A stretch of DNA of 28,962 nt, from IMG/VR virus record IMGVR_UViG_3300044724_004398, positions 1 through 28,962 of that record, one strand, 5' to 3'. Shown here piece by piece: positions 9,294 to 19,186 of this stretch; positions within the stretch are counted from its first letter, which is position 1, and each line of letters begins with the position of its first letter. The translations under genes were made by a program, and so were the position numbers. This DNA comes from a virus. Lineage: Duplodnaviria; Caudoviricetes. The notes beneath the pieces were generated by a model. It did not search any database and was not told the DNA's origin. It saw only the letters and a program-made list of their open reading frames with translations.

Positions 9294-10227
9294 GCCTATT
9301 CGTTATGTATACATGGAAACTACAAACTATTGTAACCTACGTTGTAGTTTCTGTAATAGAGAAGATGTAATTGGCAAACTACAGCATATGCCAATTGAGA
9401 AATGGGAAAGGTTACTACAAAACCTATCAAGGCATCCTATTGAAGAAGCTAAGTTGATGGGTATGGGTGAACCTTTCCTACATCCAAAGTTTGGTGATGT
9501 GTGTCGTTTATTCAAACAATACTTTCCTAAAGCTAAACTTATTGTGGCTACAAACTGTCAGTATAGATTACAGCCTCAAGTTAGAGAAGCATTGAAATAT
9601 ATTGATCTTCTTTACTTTTCTATTGATGGTTTTGAAGACAGCTATGAGAAGTATAGAGCACCAGCTAAATGGCATAAACTTATTACATTCTTAGATGAAT
9701 TCAAAGAAGCAGAGAGATATAATTGTAAGGTAACTTGTAACTATGTTGTCAATACAGAAAACATTGAAGACATTCAAAAGGTATATGATCACATTGTGGT
9801 ACCATATGGATTGGAGGAACTCAGACTAAACATTGCTCAAGATTGGTCTGAAGATTCATCTATTGATGATACGGTTGGTGGTTACACTCAAGAACAGATT
9901 CAGTATCTGAAAGATAACTGGCGAGACAATATCAAAGGTAAATCTGAATGGGATTATAGTGATTGCTTCTGGCCTCAACATGGTTTATATACTACTGTTG
10001 AAGGTAGAGTGCTTATGTGTGCGCTAAATACAGGGGCAAGAGAGTTTGGTAACCTGTTCATGGAGGACATAGATAGAATAAGAGGCAGCGATGAGTATTC
10101 CGCTGTTCGTTCTGGTTGCGAAACAAATAATCCAACAAAGCATTGTAAGAACTGCAGCTACAAAGAGCTGGCTCCACTTCTTGCACAGTTAGGTGTCCAT
10201 AATGAAGATGAAGTCTCATCTGTATAA
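9283..10227 (+). CDS. Radical SAM protein with SPASM/Twitch-type C-terminal domain
   Basis: CNLRCSFC, MGMGEPFLHP, FSIDG, C-terminal CFWP...GRVLMC...FGNL...HCKNC; GTG 9283 follows SD GGAGGA. Confidence 0.9.
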   Translation: MSLKPIRYVYMETTNYCNLRCSFCNREDVIGKLQHMPIEKWERLLQNLSRHPIEEAKLMGMGEPFLHPKFGDVCRLFKQYFPKAKLIVATNCQYRLQPQVREALKYIDLLYFSIDGFEDSYEKYRAPAKWHKLITFLDEFKEAERYNCKVTCNYVVNTENIEDIQKVYDHIVVPYGLEELRLNIAQDWSEDSSIDDTVGGYTQEQIQYLKDNWRDNIKGKSEWDYSDCFWPQHGLYTTVEGRVLMCALNTGAREFGNLFMEDIDRIRGSDEYSAVRSGCETNNPTKHCKNCSYKELAPLLAQLGVHNEDEVSSV

Positions 10228-11251
10228 GGTTGAGCGTAAATTTAATGAAGAAGTACCACATGACAAGATTCGTCTCCACAGCGCTGAACGTAACGAAGAC
10301 TTTTCTGATCAAATGTGGAATCAATTTATTAGTTCCTTGTCTCAATCTGACATTAAGTATTACCCTAATCTCAACACTCTTTATAGCAGGGTTTGCGATT
10401 ACTTTGAGTTACCTGATCCTTCTAATCTTATTATCGGGAATGGGAGTGATCGTATACTCAAGTATGCTTTTGAAGTCTTCGTTAGAGCAAGGTCTAAGGT
10501 AATCTCAACTACTCCATGCTTTCCTATGTACAAGGTCTATAGTGATCTGTACAATGCAAAGTTTGTTGGTGTTCCATATAAAGATCAGCACGTAGATGTA
10601 GCTAATGTCTTACATGAGATAGATGACAACACATCAGCTGTGTTTCTTTCTAATCCATCATCTCCTGTTGGTGATGTTATCGATATTAGTTGTTTAATTA
10701 GCATTGCAAAAGAGTGTCGTGATCACGATGTATTGTTTGTAGTTGATGAAGCATATATTGAGTTTAGTAATGTAAAGTCGTTTGCTGAATATGTTACTGA
10801 ATTTGATAATGTTCTTATCACTAGAACTTTATCTAAGGCTCATGGATCAGCTGGAGTTAGGTTTGGTGTTGGTTATGGTACACCAGCAGTTGGATTGAAA
10901 AGATTCAGAGACATGTATGAGATCAATGGTCTTACTATGAGATGGATTGAAACTTTGTGTGACAACAAACAAGATTTTTTAGATCACATAAAGAGAGTAC
11001 AGATAGTAAGATCATACATGAATATTCAGGCAAGAAAACTTGCATACGATGTTGTAGATAGTCAGTGTAATTGGCTACATATTAATACAGCAAATGATAA
11101 CTTGACTTTTGACAATGATGAGTTTATAATTAGAGGTAATTGCACAATCCCAGGAGACAATAGAACAAACTGGATTAGATTGTGTGTACCTGAAAATTTT
11201 GAAACAGCGGATAGAGTATTAAATGAAATTAGCACTATGCCTATCGGGTGA
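10202..11251 (+). CDS. PLP-dependent class I/II aminotransferase (HisC/CobD-like)
   Basis: GNGSD, SNPSSPVG, VVDEAYIEF, RTLSKAHGSAGVRFG. Confidence 0.9.
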   Translation: MKMKSHLYKVERKFNEEVPHDKIRLHSAERNEDFSDQMWNQFISSLSQSDIKYYPNLNTLYSRVCDYFELPDPSNLIIGNGSDRILKYAFEVFVRARSKVISTTPCFPMYKVYSDLYNAKFVGVPYKDQHVDVANVLHEIDDNTSAVFLSNPSSPVGDVIDISCLISIAKECRDHDVLFVVDEAYIEFSNVKSFAEYVTEFDNVLITRTLSKAHGSAGVRFGVGYGTPAVGLKRFRDMYEINGLTMRWIETLCDNKQDFLDHIKRVQIVRSYMNIQARKLAYDVVDSQCNWLHINTANDNLTFDNDEFIIRGNCTIPGDNRTNWIRLCVPENFETADRVLNEISTMPIG

Positions 11252-12074
11252 AGTTCGCACCTGGGAATATTGTAATCATACAATAGAAACTGCTTTTCCA
11301 AACTGTGAAGTTGATATCTATGCCACTATGTGGACTAGATCATCTTATGTTGATCAAAACAAAGTACTTGCAAGAAAGCCAAAGAAGGCTTATCTAATTA
11401 GTGATAATGATACCTACATCACTCAATGTAAAGAATTTGAAGAGCAAGTCCTCACAAACACATTTGAACATTACAAAGGTAAAACATTTGATAGTTGGAA
11501 GTTCCTTCCTATCTATATGTTGCCTCGTATCGAGCGTATGGCTAGATTCAGTTATGATCTGATTCCAGATCCCACACAATATGATTATATCATTCGTTCT
11601 AGATATGATCACATCTATCTCAAAAACATAGCAGAGCAGCTAGAAGAATCTAAACTTCTTCTTACAGAAGACATTGGTGGAAGTGCACCCTGGGATATGA
11701 TTGGCAATTGGAGAATGGAGTATGATGGCTTTGCAGCTGGTACTCCTTATACTATGCACCAGTATTATCAGTTTACTGATTGGTTGCCACATTACTATGA
11801 AGATGACTTCTGTAAAGATAAACTATTTAAAGCTGAGTCAACTCTTGGTTTGTATATTAACAAAATTAAAAGTTTTAATGTCAAACATACTAAAGACATT
11901 CTTGGTATGCAGATTACAGAGAACGATTACTACAACAGAACCAAGCCTATGGATAGTAGTAAATCTATCACAAACAAAAGAGCTGTAACCCTTCAACAGT
12001 ATAAAGAGACATTGAAGAAGATGCATCCAAAGATCTATGAAAAATATAATGTAGAGGATATGATATGCGCGTAG
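11223..12074 (+). CDS. Uncharacterised glycosyltransferase-like protein, paralog A
   Basis: KLALCLSGEVRT, YDYIIRSRYD, DGFAAGTP; resembles proteins of polysaccharide loci. Confidence 0.6.
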   Translation: MKLALCLSGEVRTWEYCNHTIETAFPNCEVDIYATMWTRSSYVDQNKVLARKPKKAYLISDNDTYITQCKEFEEQVLTNTFEHYKGKTFDSWKFLPIYMLPRIERMARFSYDLIPDPTQYDYIIRSRYDHIYLKNIAEQLEESKLLLTEDIGGSAPWDMIGNWRMEYDGFAAGTPYTMHQYYQFTDWLPHYYEDDFCKDKLFKAESTLGLYINKIKSFNVKHTKDILGMQITENDYYNRTKPMDSSKSITNKRAVTLQQYKETLKKMHPKIYEKYNVEDMICA

Positions 12075-12886
12075 CAGTTGTATATACTGGTGAACCTAGA
12101 ACATTTGAGAATTGTGTAGACAACCATAAACAATTCCTTGAAGGATGTAATGTACATTCTTATCACTCTTCATGGACAAAAGATAATACAGAACGCAATA
12201 ATGAACTTATGAATCTTGCACCTGGTACACAGGCAATGAACTTTGTTGATTATTCTGCCCCAGATCGGCCAGACCTATGGAGATTTGAAAAGCTACTCCT
12301 TTCTAACAAAAAGAACCATCCAATCTTTATGTTTGGCCGTATCCAATATATGACAAGCAAAGGTTTTGAGCCTATCTATGATCGTATGGATGATTACGAT
12401 CTTGTCATTAAACTTCGTTACGACTTTGAGTATGAAGGTCGACTACTTGATTATATCCCACAAGGTAATATACATGGTAAATTGTTTATTACTAAAAAGA
12501 TGGGAGGTAGATCTCATCCTCGTAATGTATGGGATGGATTTGCTTTTGGAACACCTTACATGATGTCATGGTACTTTGACTGTCACAGGTTTGTACCGTT
12601 CTCCCTCTTCCATCAAGAAATAGCAAACTGGAAATATTCACCAGAGTATGTTCTTGGATATTACTTACAGCACACCGGTGCAGAGGTGATTGATTCTGGT
12701 GTCCAACCTGTCCATCAGTTTCCCGATAACATAGAAGAACATAGACGTAGAAGGACCACACAATACTATGTAGATCTACTAAACAGCCATCCAGAGTTCT
12801 GGGGTCAAATAGAAAACGATTGTCCATCTACTCCACACGAAACTCTTATAGCAAGACTAAAGGAAAAAGGTTTTGAAGTACAATAG
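12065..12886 (+). CDS. Uncharacterised glycosyltransferase-like protein, paralog B
   Basis: RVAVVYTGEPRT, YDLVIKLRYD, DGFAFGTP. Confidence 0.6.
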   Translation: MRVAVVYTGEPRTFENCVDNHKQFLEGCNVHSYHSSWTKDNTERNNELMNLAPGTQAMNFVDYSAPDRPDLWRFEKLLLSNKKNHPIFMFGRIQYMTSKGFEPIYDRMDDYDLVIKLRYDFEYEGRLLDYIPQGNIHGKLFITKKMGGRSHPRNVWDGFAFGTPYMMSWYFDCHRFVPFSLFHQEIANWKYSPEYVLGYYLQHTGAEVIDSGVQPVHQFPDNIEEHRRRRTTQYYVDLLNSHPEFWGQIENDCPSTPHETLIARLKEKGFEVQ

Positions 12887-13517
12887 ACAGACTCCAGTAT
12901 ACTACAAAAACTTAAATGTAATGTTTCATGGTATTCCAAAGAATGCAAGCACTACAGTTAAGAATGCATTGTATGAACTAGAACATGGTCAATCTTTTGC
13001 AAATGAAAACAAACAATGGATTCACAAAGGTAACGAAAAAGGTGGCTCTGTATATCCTCCAGTGCTAGATATTCTAGGAGGTAATTATGATACTACCTTT
13101 CACTTCACAGTAAGCAGACATCCATACTCAAGGTTCATTTCATTCTATACAGATTTGGTTCAACGTACTGCTGCTCATAGATTTGAGACACCTCCTTTTT
13201 TTAGAGACAACAACATTAATCTTACTAACCTGTCTATCAATGAAGCAATTGATCTCGTTTGCTCTTATTCAGATGATGAGGGTGATGAACATTTTGTATC
13301 ACAAGACTCTTTTATCTATGTGGATGAATGTGATTATATTCATATAGAGACATTAGGTAGAGATTGGAAGCAGCTGTGCAAGCAGATTTTTGTTGATCCA
13401 ATACCGCTAACACGTTATAATAAGTCTAATGGAACCATAGAGTTAGACGAAGAACAGAAGATCAAACTTTACAATAGATACATTTTAGATTTCAAGAGGT
13501 TCAGATATGAGCGATAA
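12873..13517 (+). CDS. Sulfotransferase family 2 protein
   Basis: PAPS-binding motifs FHGIPKNASTTVK and SRHPYSRFISFY; DEHFVSQ; YILDFKRF. Confidence 0.85.
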   Translation: MKYNRQTPVYYKNLNVMFHGIPKNASTTVKNALYELEHGQSFANENKQWIHKGNEKGGSVYPPVLDILGGNYDTTFHFTVSRHPYSRFISFYTDLVQRTAAHRFETPPFFRDNNINLTNLSINEAIDLVCSYSDDEGDEHFVSQDSFIYVDECDYIHIETLGRDWKQLCKQIFVDPIPLTRYNKSNGTIELDEEQKIKLYNRYILDFKRFRYER

Positions 13518-14232
13518 AATTAAAATCTTTATTGGTTCATCCGCTATGGGTGAAGATAAAGATATTGAAAAGGTATATGTAGAGTCAATCAAAGAGAATG
13601 CATCTCGTGAGGTTGACATTACGTTTATGAGACAAACAGGTAACGATCAAGACTTTTGGTACAATCCATCTACAAGCAGATGGTCTACTCCATTTTCTGG
13701 TTACCGTTGGTTTATTCCAGAAGCATGTAACTTCCAAGGTCGTGCAATCTATACTGACTGTGACATGATTAATTTCCGTGATATGGCAGAGTTGATTGAT
13801 ACTGATCTTGAAGGCAAACCTATTGCAGCTCGTCCTGGTACACGTTTTGGTGGCCATGAGTTTTGTGTAATGGTATTTGACTGTGCTGCTATGGAACAAC
13901 ATCTTGTTCCAGTTAAACGTCAACGCTTTATGGAAGACTATCATCACAGAATGATTAATCTATTCTCTGGTAATCAGAATCTTGTAAAGGATCTTGACCC
14001 ACGCTGGAACTCACTTGACGGTGATACAGGTAAAGTTTTTGGTGAAGAGATCTATCAGCTACACTATACCAACATGGCAACACAACCATGGAAGCCAGGT
14101 TGGTATACTGGAACACCTCAGCAGCATGCTCGGCAGGATCTTGTTGATGAGTTCTATCGTCGTTTGGAAACTGCTCCAGACCTTGGTATCAATTATGAAG
14201 AAGTTGTTGATTACGGAATTATTGGACGATGA
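13507..14232 (+). CDS. GT-A glycosyltransferase (GT8-like)
   Basis: KIFIG, STPFSGYRWFIP, AIYTDCDM (DxD), LDPRWN, LHYT...QPW. Confidence 0.8.
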   Translation: MSDKIKIFIGSSAMGEDKDIEKVYVESIKENASREVDITFMRQTGNDQDFWYNPSTSRWSTPFSGYRWFIPEACNFQGRAIYTDCDMINFRDMAELIDTDLEGKPIAARPGTRFGGHEFCVMVFDCAAMEQHLVPVKRQRFMEDYHHRMINLFSGNQNLVKDLDPRWNSLDGDTGKVFGEEIYQLHYTNMATQPWKPGWYTGTPQQHARQDLVDEFYRRLETAPDLGINYEEVVDYGIIGR

Positions 14233-15131
14233 AAGTAGGAATCTTTCTCCAATCTGCAAACCATCCTAGGTTTGATAGAGCGTTGAGATACTTTGCAAGT
14301 GGTGTTAAACTTATGGGTGATGAACCTATCTTGTTTGAAAAGGATCTTGCTTATCAGCCATGTGATGTTGCTGTCATCTTCGGTTCATGGAAACCTAGAC
14401 CAAACATTCATCACATAATCAAGAACAGTGTAGTAGAAAATGCAGAAAAGTTTATAGTATTAGAAACACCATTGCTTGGTCGCGGTCCTGTTAAAGATGT
14501 CATGGAGGATGATTCTTACAGAATTGGTATTAATGGTTTCCTACATGACACAGGTCGATTCAATAATCATATGAGACCAATTGATCGTTGGGATATTATT
14601 AGAAAGAAGTTTAACTTAGAGATCAAAGCATGGAATGATAACCATGACGGTCCAATAGTTATTGTTCTTCAGATTCCTGGTGATGCATCTCTGCGAGGAT
14701 GTAACATTGCAGAGTGGGCTTGTATCAGTGCTGAGATTATTAGAAACCAAACAGACAGACAGATCCTAGTTCGTATGCCTCAGATCTCTCGTGAATATGA
14801 TATGGAATGGATAGAGAAGCTAATGACAATGCCAGGTGTCGAGATGCAGCAAGGAACAAAAGATAATCTGATACCAACATTAGAACAAGCATATTGTACT
14901 GTCACCTATACATCAGGTATGGCTATTGAATCAGTTCTCAACGGATGTCCAACTATTGCTTGTGATCCTGGTAACTTTGCTTTCCCAATATCAAGTGAAT
15001 CAGTATTTGATATCAATAATCTAAGAAGAGAAAGTAGACAACAGTGGGTGCAGGATCTATCATACTGTCAGTGGGATGAAAGTGAAATAGGAATTGGACT
15101 ACCATGGAAGCATCTCAAAAACATCCTATAA
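14229..15131 (+). CDS. GT-B protein resembling capsule-synthesis KpsC/KpsS-like transferases
   Basis: VLQIPGDASL and TVTYTSGMAIESVLNGCPTI motifs. Confidence 0.6.
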   Translation: MKVGIFLQSANHPRFDRALRYFASGVKLMGDEPILFEKDLAYQPCDVAVIFGSWKPRPNIHHIIKNSVVENAEKFIVLETPLLGRGPVKDVMEDDSYRIGINGFLHDTGRFNNHMRPIDRWDIIRKKFNLEIKAWNDNHDGPIVIVLQIPGDASLRGCNIAEWACISAEIIRNQTDRQILVRMPQISREYDMEWIEKLMTMPGVEMQQGTKDNLIPTLEQAYCTVTYTSGMAIESVLNGCPTIACDPGNFAFPISSESVFDINNLRRESRQQWVQDLSYCQWDESEIGIGLPWKHLKNIL

Positions 15132-15817
15132 TGGTTTTTGGACCCCACAGGTCTGGTACTAATTTTGTACAGAAAATTCTAGAGCTTAACTATCCAGTCG
15201 AACAAATTGGTACTGGCAGAGCTGATGGTGATAGAACTTGGAAGCACCATAGCTACAGCGATCGTCTTGCAGATATCTTAGATAAAGAATATTCGTTTGT
15301 TATCATTTGCGCAAGAGATCCAATCAAGTGGTTGAATGGTATAGTTAAGTTCAATGCCAACTTGTGGAAAACATGTCCTGTTATCAGTAAAGATAATTCT
15401 ATCTACAACTGGGAATATAAGAATCTTGTAGAATATATTAAGGATCATCCTGAGTGGGAAGATTTTAAGATGGATATAAGATTGTGTATTAAACATTGGA
15501 ATGATTGGTACTTCTCTTGGTTTTATCAAACAAGATTTACTAACTATACTTTTATTCACTACCACGATATGTTGGTACCAGAAAAACGTGACAAGGTTCT
15601 TGGTATGTTAGAGATTAAATATGGTTTAGAAAGAACAAGTGACACATTAGTCATACCAGGAGAAGTAGAACATTCTAAAGTATGGAACGATATGAAGACC
15701 AAAGAAGAGTTGGATATATCTCTTACAGCTAACTTAAAACATGAATGGTTAGAATATGCTTTTGAAAACTTTGATTCTGAAATAGTAGAAAAAATAGAAG
15801 CGAGTAAAATGATATGA
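15104..15817 (+). CDS. Sulfotransferase-like P-loop protein
   Basis: VFGPHRSGTNF, WKH, ARDPIKWL, HYHDM. Confidence 0.7.
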   Translation: MEASQKHPIMVFGPHRSGTNFVQKILELNYPVEQIGTGRADGDRTWKHHSYSDRLADILDKEYSFVIICARDPIKWLNGIVKFNANLWKTCPVISKDNSIYNWEYKNLVEYIKDHPEWEDFKMDIRLCIKHWNDWYFSWFYQTRFTNYTFIHYHDMLVPEKRDKVLGMLEIKYGLERTSDTLVIPGEVEHSKVWNDMKTKEELDISLTANLKHEWLEYAFENFDSEIVEKIEASKMI

Positions 15818-16488
15818 TCTCTGCATTTGAAAAAGTACATGTTATCACACAAGGTGATACTCCAACAGAGAATAAGTTTGCTGAGTTTGATTATTGCATT
15901 CCTCTTTGTGATGAGGGTGTGTTTATTGAACTTGGTGTATGGTTTGGTAGATCGATCTCTTACATGGCTGCATGGAATCCAGACAAACACTTCTATGGTT
16001 TTGATACGTTTGAAGGTGTAGATGAAGTTTGGGAGACTGGTGGCAAGACATTAGACATGAAAAGATTCTTTGTTAAGGATCCAGACAATATCAATAAAGA
16101 TACAGGATTACCAAAGGTACCAGATAATGTAACTCTCATCAAAGGTATGTTCCAGGATACACTTGAACCGTTTATTGAAACAACTCTCAAAGATCAGAAG
16201 TTAGCTTTTATTAATATGGATCCAGACATATACAGTGCTACAAAATATGCACTAGAGACGTTGAATAATAATATCAAACCTGGTACAATTATTAGATTCG
16301 ATGAGCTCAGTGATTGGGCTCATCTTGGTTGGAACTGGGGACTAGGCAAACCAACATATGCACCTTATTCTAAATGGAAAGAAGGTGAGTACAAAGCATT
16401 AGTTGAATGGCTTTGGGAATTTGATAGAGAAGTTGAACCTCTATGGAGAAACTGGCATCAGGCCGCAGGAGTAAAAGTTGTCAAATAG
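15814..16488 (+). CDS. TylF/MycF-like SAM-dependent O-methyltransferase
   Basis: ELGVWFGRS, YGFDTFEG, IKGMFQDTL, NMDPDIYSAT, PGTIIRFDE. Confidence 0.85.
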   Translation: MISAFEKVHVITQGDTPTENKFAEFDYCIPLCDEGVFIELGVWFGRSISYMAAWNPDKHFYGFDTFEGVDEVWETGGKTLDMKRFFVKDPDNINKDTGLPKVPDNVTLIKGMFQDTLEPFIETTLKDQKLAFINMDPDIYSATKYALETLNNNIKPGTIIRFDELSDWAHLGWNWGLGKPTYAPYSKWKEGEYKALVEWLWEFDREVEPLWRNWHQAAGVKVVK

Positions 16489-17239
16489 AATCTATGCTGT
16501 TACATCTATGAACAGACAATACTATGAGCGTAATGGTAAAACAATGCTCGATAGTTTCAAAAAGAATTGGGAATGTCCAATTAGAGTATACTCTGAAGAG
16601 AAGATTGACTTTGAGGATAGTATCAATGTTAAACAATATGACTTGTTTGAGTTAGAACCAGAGTGTAAAGAATTTGTTGAAAGACATAAGGATAGAGGTG
16701 ATCAACAAAATCCTTTAGAGCTTCATAGAGGTGCTGTTAGATTTGCCTACAAGACATTCTCTATATTTAATGCTGTAACTAATGCTCCTGGTGATTATGT
16801 TGTATGGATTGATGCAGACACATATACTCATACACCTTTTAATAATGATATTATTAGATCCTTAATTGAACCTGATTGTCTTGCTTCATATCTTGGTAGA
16901 GAGAATAATTATAGTGAATGTGGTTTTGTTATCTATAACACACAACATCCAAGATTCCATGACTTTATTAGTTCGTGGAAGATGTTGTACTTAGATGATA
17001 GTTTGTTTAAATTAGAACAGTGGCATGATAGCTTTGTATTTGATCAAGTGAGGAAGGCATATGAGCAGCAAGGTGTTAGATTTAAGAACATTACCCCGGA
17101 AGGTAAAGATTACGATCACGTTTTTATTAATAGTATACTTGGTGATTATATGGACCACATGAAAGGTCCAAGAAAGAACGAAGGTAAATCTCGCAAGTCA
17201 GATTTATATACAAAAAAAAGCTCAGAATATTGGAATTAG
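16478..17239 (+). CDS. GT-A glycosyltransferase-like protein
   Basis: AVRFAYK, VWIDADT (DxD), SECGF, WHDSFVFD, DHMKG. Confidence 0.7.
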   Translation: MSNRIYAVTSMNRQYYERNGKTMLDSFKKNWECPIRVYSEEKIDFEDSINVKQYDLFELEPECKEFVERHKDRGDQQNPLELHRGAVRFAYKTFSIFNAVTNAPGDYVVWIDADTYTHTPFNNDIIRSLIEPDCLASYLGRENNYSECGFVIYNTQHPRFHDFISSWKMLYLDDSLFKLEQWHDSFVFDQVRKAYEQQGVRFKNITPEGKDYDHVFINSILGDYMDHMKGPRKNEGKSRKSDLYTKKSSEYWN

Positions 17240-17242
17240 TTG

Positions 17243-17271
17243 TTGACTTAATAACTATTATCAGTGATAGT
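17243..17271 (+). promoter_or_regulatory. Sigma70-type early promoter
   Basis: TTGACT, 17 nt, GATAGT; intergenic, upstream of SD GAGGAG. Confidence 0.65.
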
Positions 17272-17301
17272 ATAAGCAAGGTTAGAAAAGAGGAGATACC
17301 T

Positions 17302-17741
17302 ATGAAAAAGATTAGTTTTGCTTCACTGTTGGTTTTAGCTTCATGTCATCCAGCTTTTGCTGGTTCAGCTAACATTAACGATCACTTTATCAACAAAGTG
17401 ACTAATATTCCTAATACCACACAGCAGTGTGAAGTTGTCGAAGTTCCTGTCTATGGTGGGAATGGTGATAAGACTGCCGATGCTCTTACTGGAGCTATCA
17501 TTGGTGGAGTTATTGGTAACAATGTTACTAAGAATGTTGACAATGGTGGAGCAGTAGGTGCTCTTCTTGGTGGAATGATTGGTCATTCAAATAGCAAAGC
17601 TGGCCAAGAGATTGTTGGCTACAAGCAAGAAACACGCTGTAAGAATGTTACATCATACACTCAGCAAACACAGCAAGTGTATAGCCATTCAACAATTACG
17701 TTCTTCTACAATGGTAAGCAACAAACTGTAAGGTTCCAGAA

Positions 17742-17745
<4 letters not shown>
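17302..17745 (+). CDS. Glycine-zipper 2TM (YcfJ-like) envelope protein
   Basis: Signal peptide, GAIIGGVIG...GALLGGMIG, two flanking Cys; SD GAGGAG. Confidence 0.8.
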
Positions 17746-18563
<818 letters not shown>

Positions 18564-18565
18564 AT

Positions 18566-18642
18566 GGTGATGTTAGTGTCAATGGTTAGCACGCAAGTTT
18601 GTGGCACTTGTAGTATGGGTTCAAATCCCGTACATCACCCCA
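18566..18642 (+). tRNA. tRNA-His(GUG) with encoded G-1 and C73
   Basis: G-GTGATGT/ACATCAC-C-CCA; anticodon arm CAAGT-TT GTG GC-ACTTG. Confidence 0.93.
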
Positions 18643-18644
18643 AC

Positions 18645-18721
18645 CTCGGTGTAGCGCAGCCTGGTAGCGCATCTGCTTTGGGAGCAGAGGGTCGGGAGTT
18701 CGAATCTCTCCGCAGAGGCCA
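18645..18721 (+). tRNA. tRNA-Pro(UGG) with atypical acceptor stem
   Basis: TCTGC-TT TGG GA-GCAGA; acceptor CTCGGTG/CGCAGAG has a G4.A69 mismatch and a U6.G67 wobble; G73. Confidence 0.85.
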
Positions 18722-18735
18722 TTTTGGAGTATGAT

Positions 18736-18975
18736 ATGACTGAATTTAGTGATGGTATATTTAATATTATAAGACGTAGCAGTGCTGCCTTAGCAGTGAT
18801 CTATACTATGGGTCATATCATTATTGCTATGTCAGTAGTAAGTATAGTTACTAATGCTAGTTTATTTGAAGCTGGTGCGGTAGCATTAATTGAACCTGCA
18901 ATCAATGGATGCTGGTTCTATGTGTTACATAAAACCTGGACTGTATGGAATGCGAAAAATGTCGGAGATGGTTAA
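18736..18975 (+). CDS. DUF2061-like small membrane protein
   Basis: YTMGHIIIA...AVALIEPAINGCWFYVLHKTW; SD GGAG. Confidence 0.7.
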   Translation: MTEFSDGIFNIIRRSSAALAVIYTMGHIIIAMSVVSIVTNASLFEAGAVALIEPAINGCWFYVLHKTWTVWNAKNVGDG

Positions 18976-18976
18976 A

Positions 18977-19186
18977 ATGGTTCAGTTGTATGAACAACGA
19001 ATAGAAAATGCATATATTGCAAGAGACAATTGCAAAACAGACTCTTGGGGTTATAACTACTGGGAGGGTGTTGCAGGTCACTTGCTTCACAGTCTTAACA
19101 CACGTATGCACTCAAAGAATCTTAGAGACATTAAAGTTAAATATGTGAAAGGAATTAGAAAACATGCCGTGGCCACGAAAGAATAG
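18977..19186 (+). CDS. Hypothetical protein (start uncertain)
   Basis: Fills the gap; SD GGAG at 18964. Confidence 0.6.
   Translation: MVQLYEQRIENAYIARDNCKTDSWGYNYWEGVAGHLLHSLNTRMHSKNLRDIKVKYVKGIRKHAVATKE

Noticed and set aside
10202-11251. hisC or cobD as an auxiliary metabolic gene
   Set aside because: The fold fits, but its context is glycan tailoring and no other his/cob genes are present, so no symbol was assigned.
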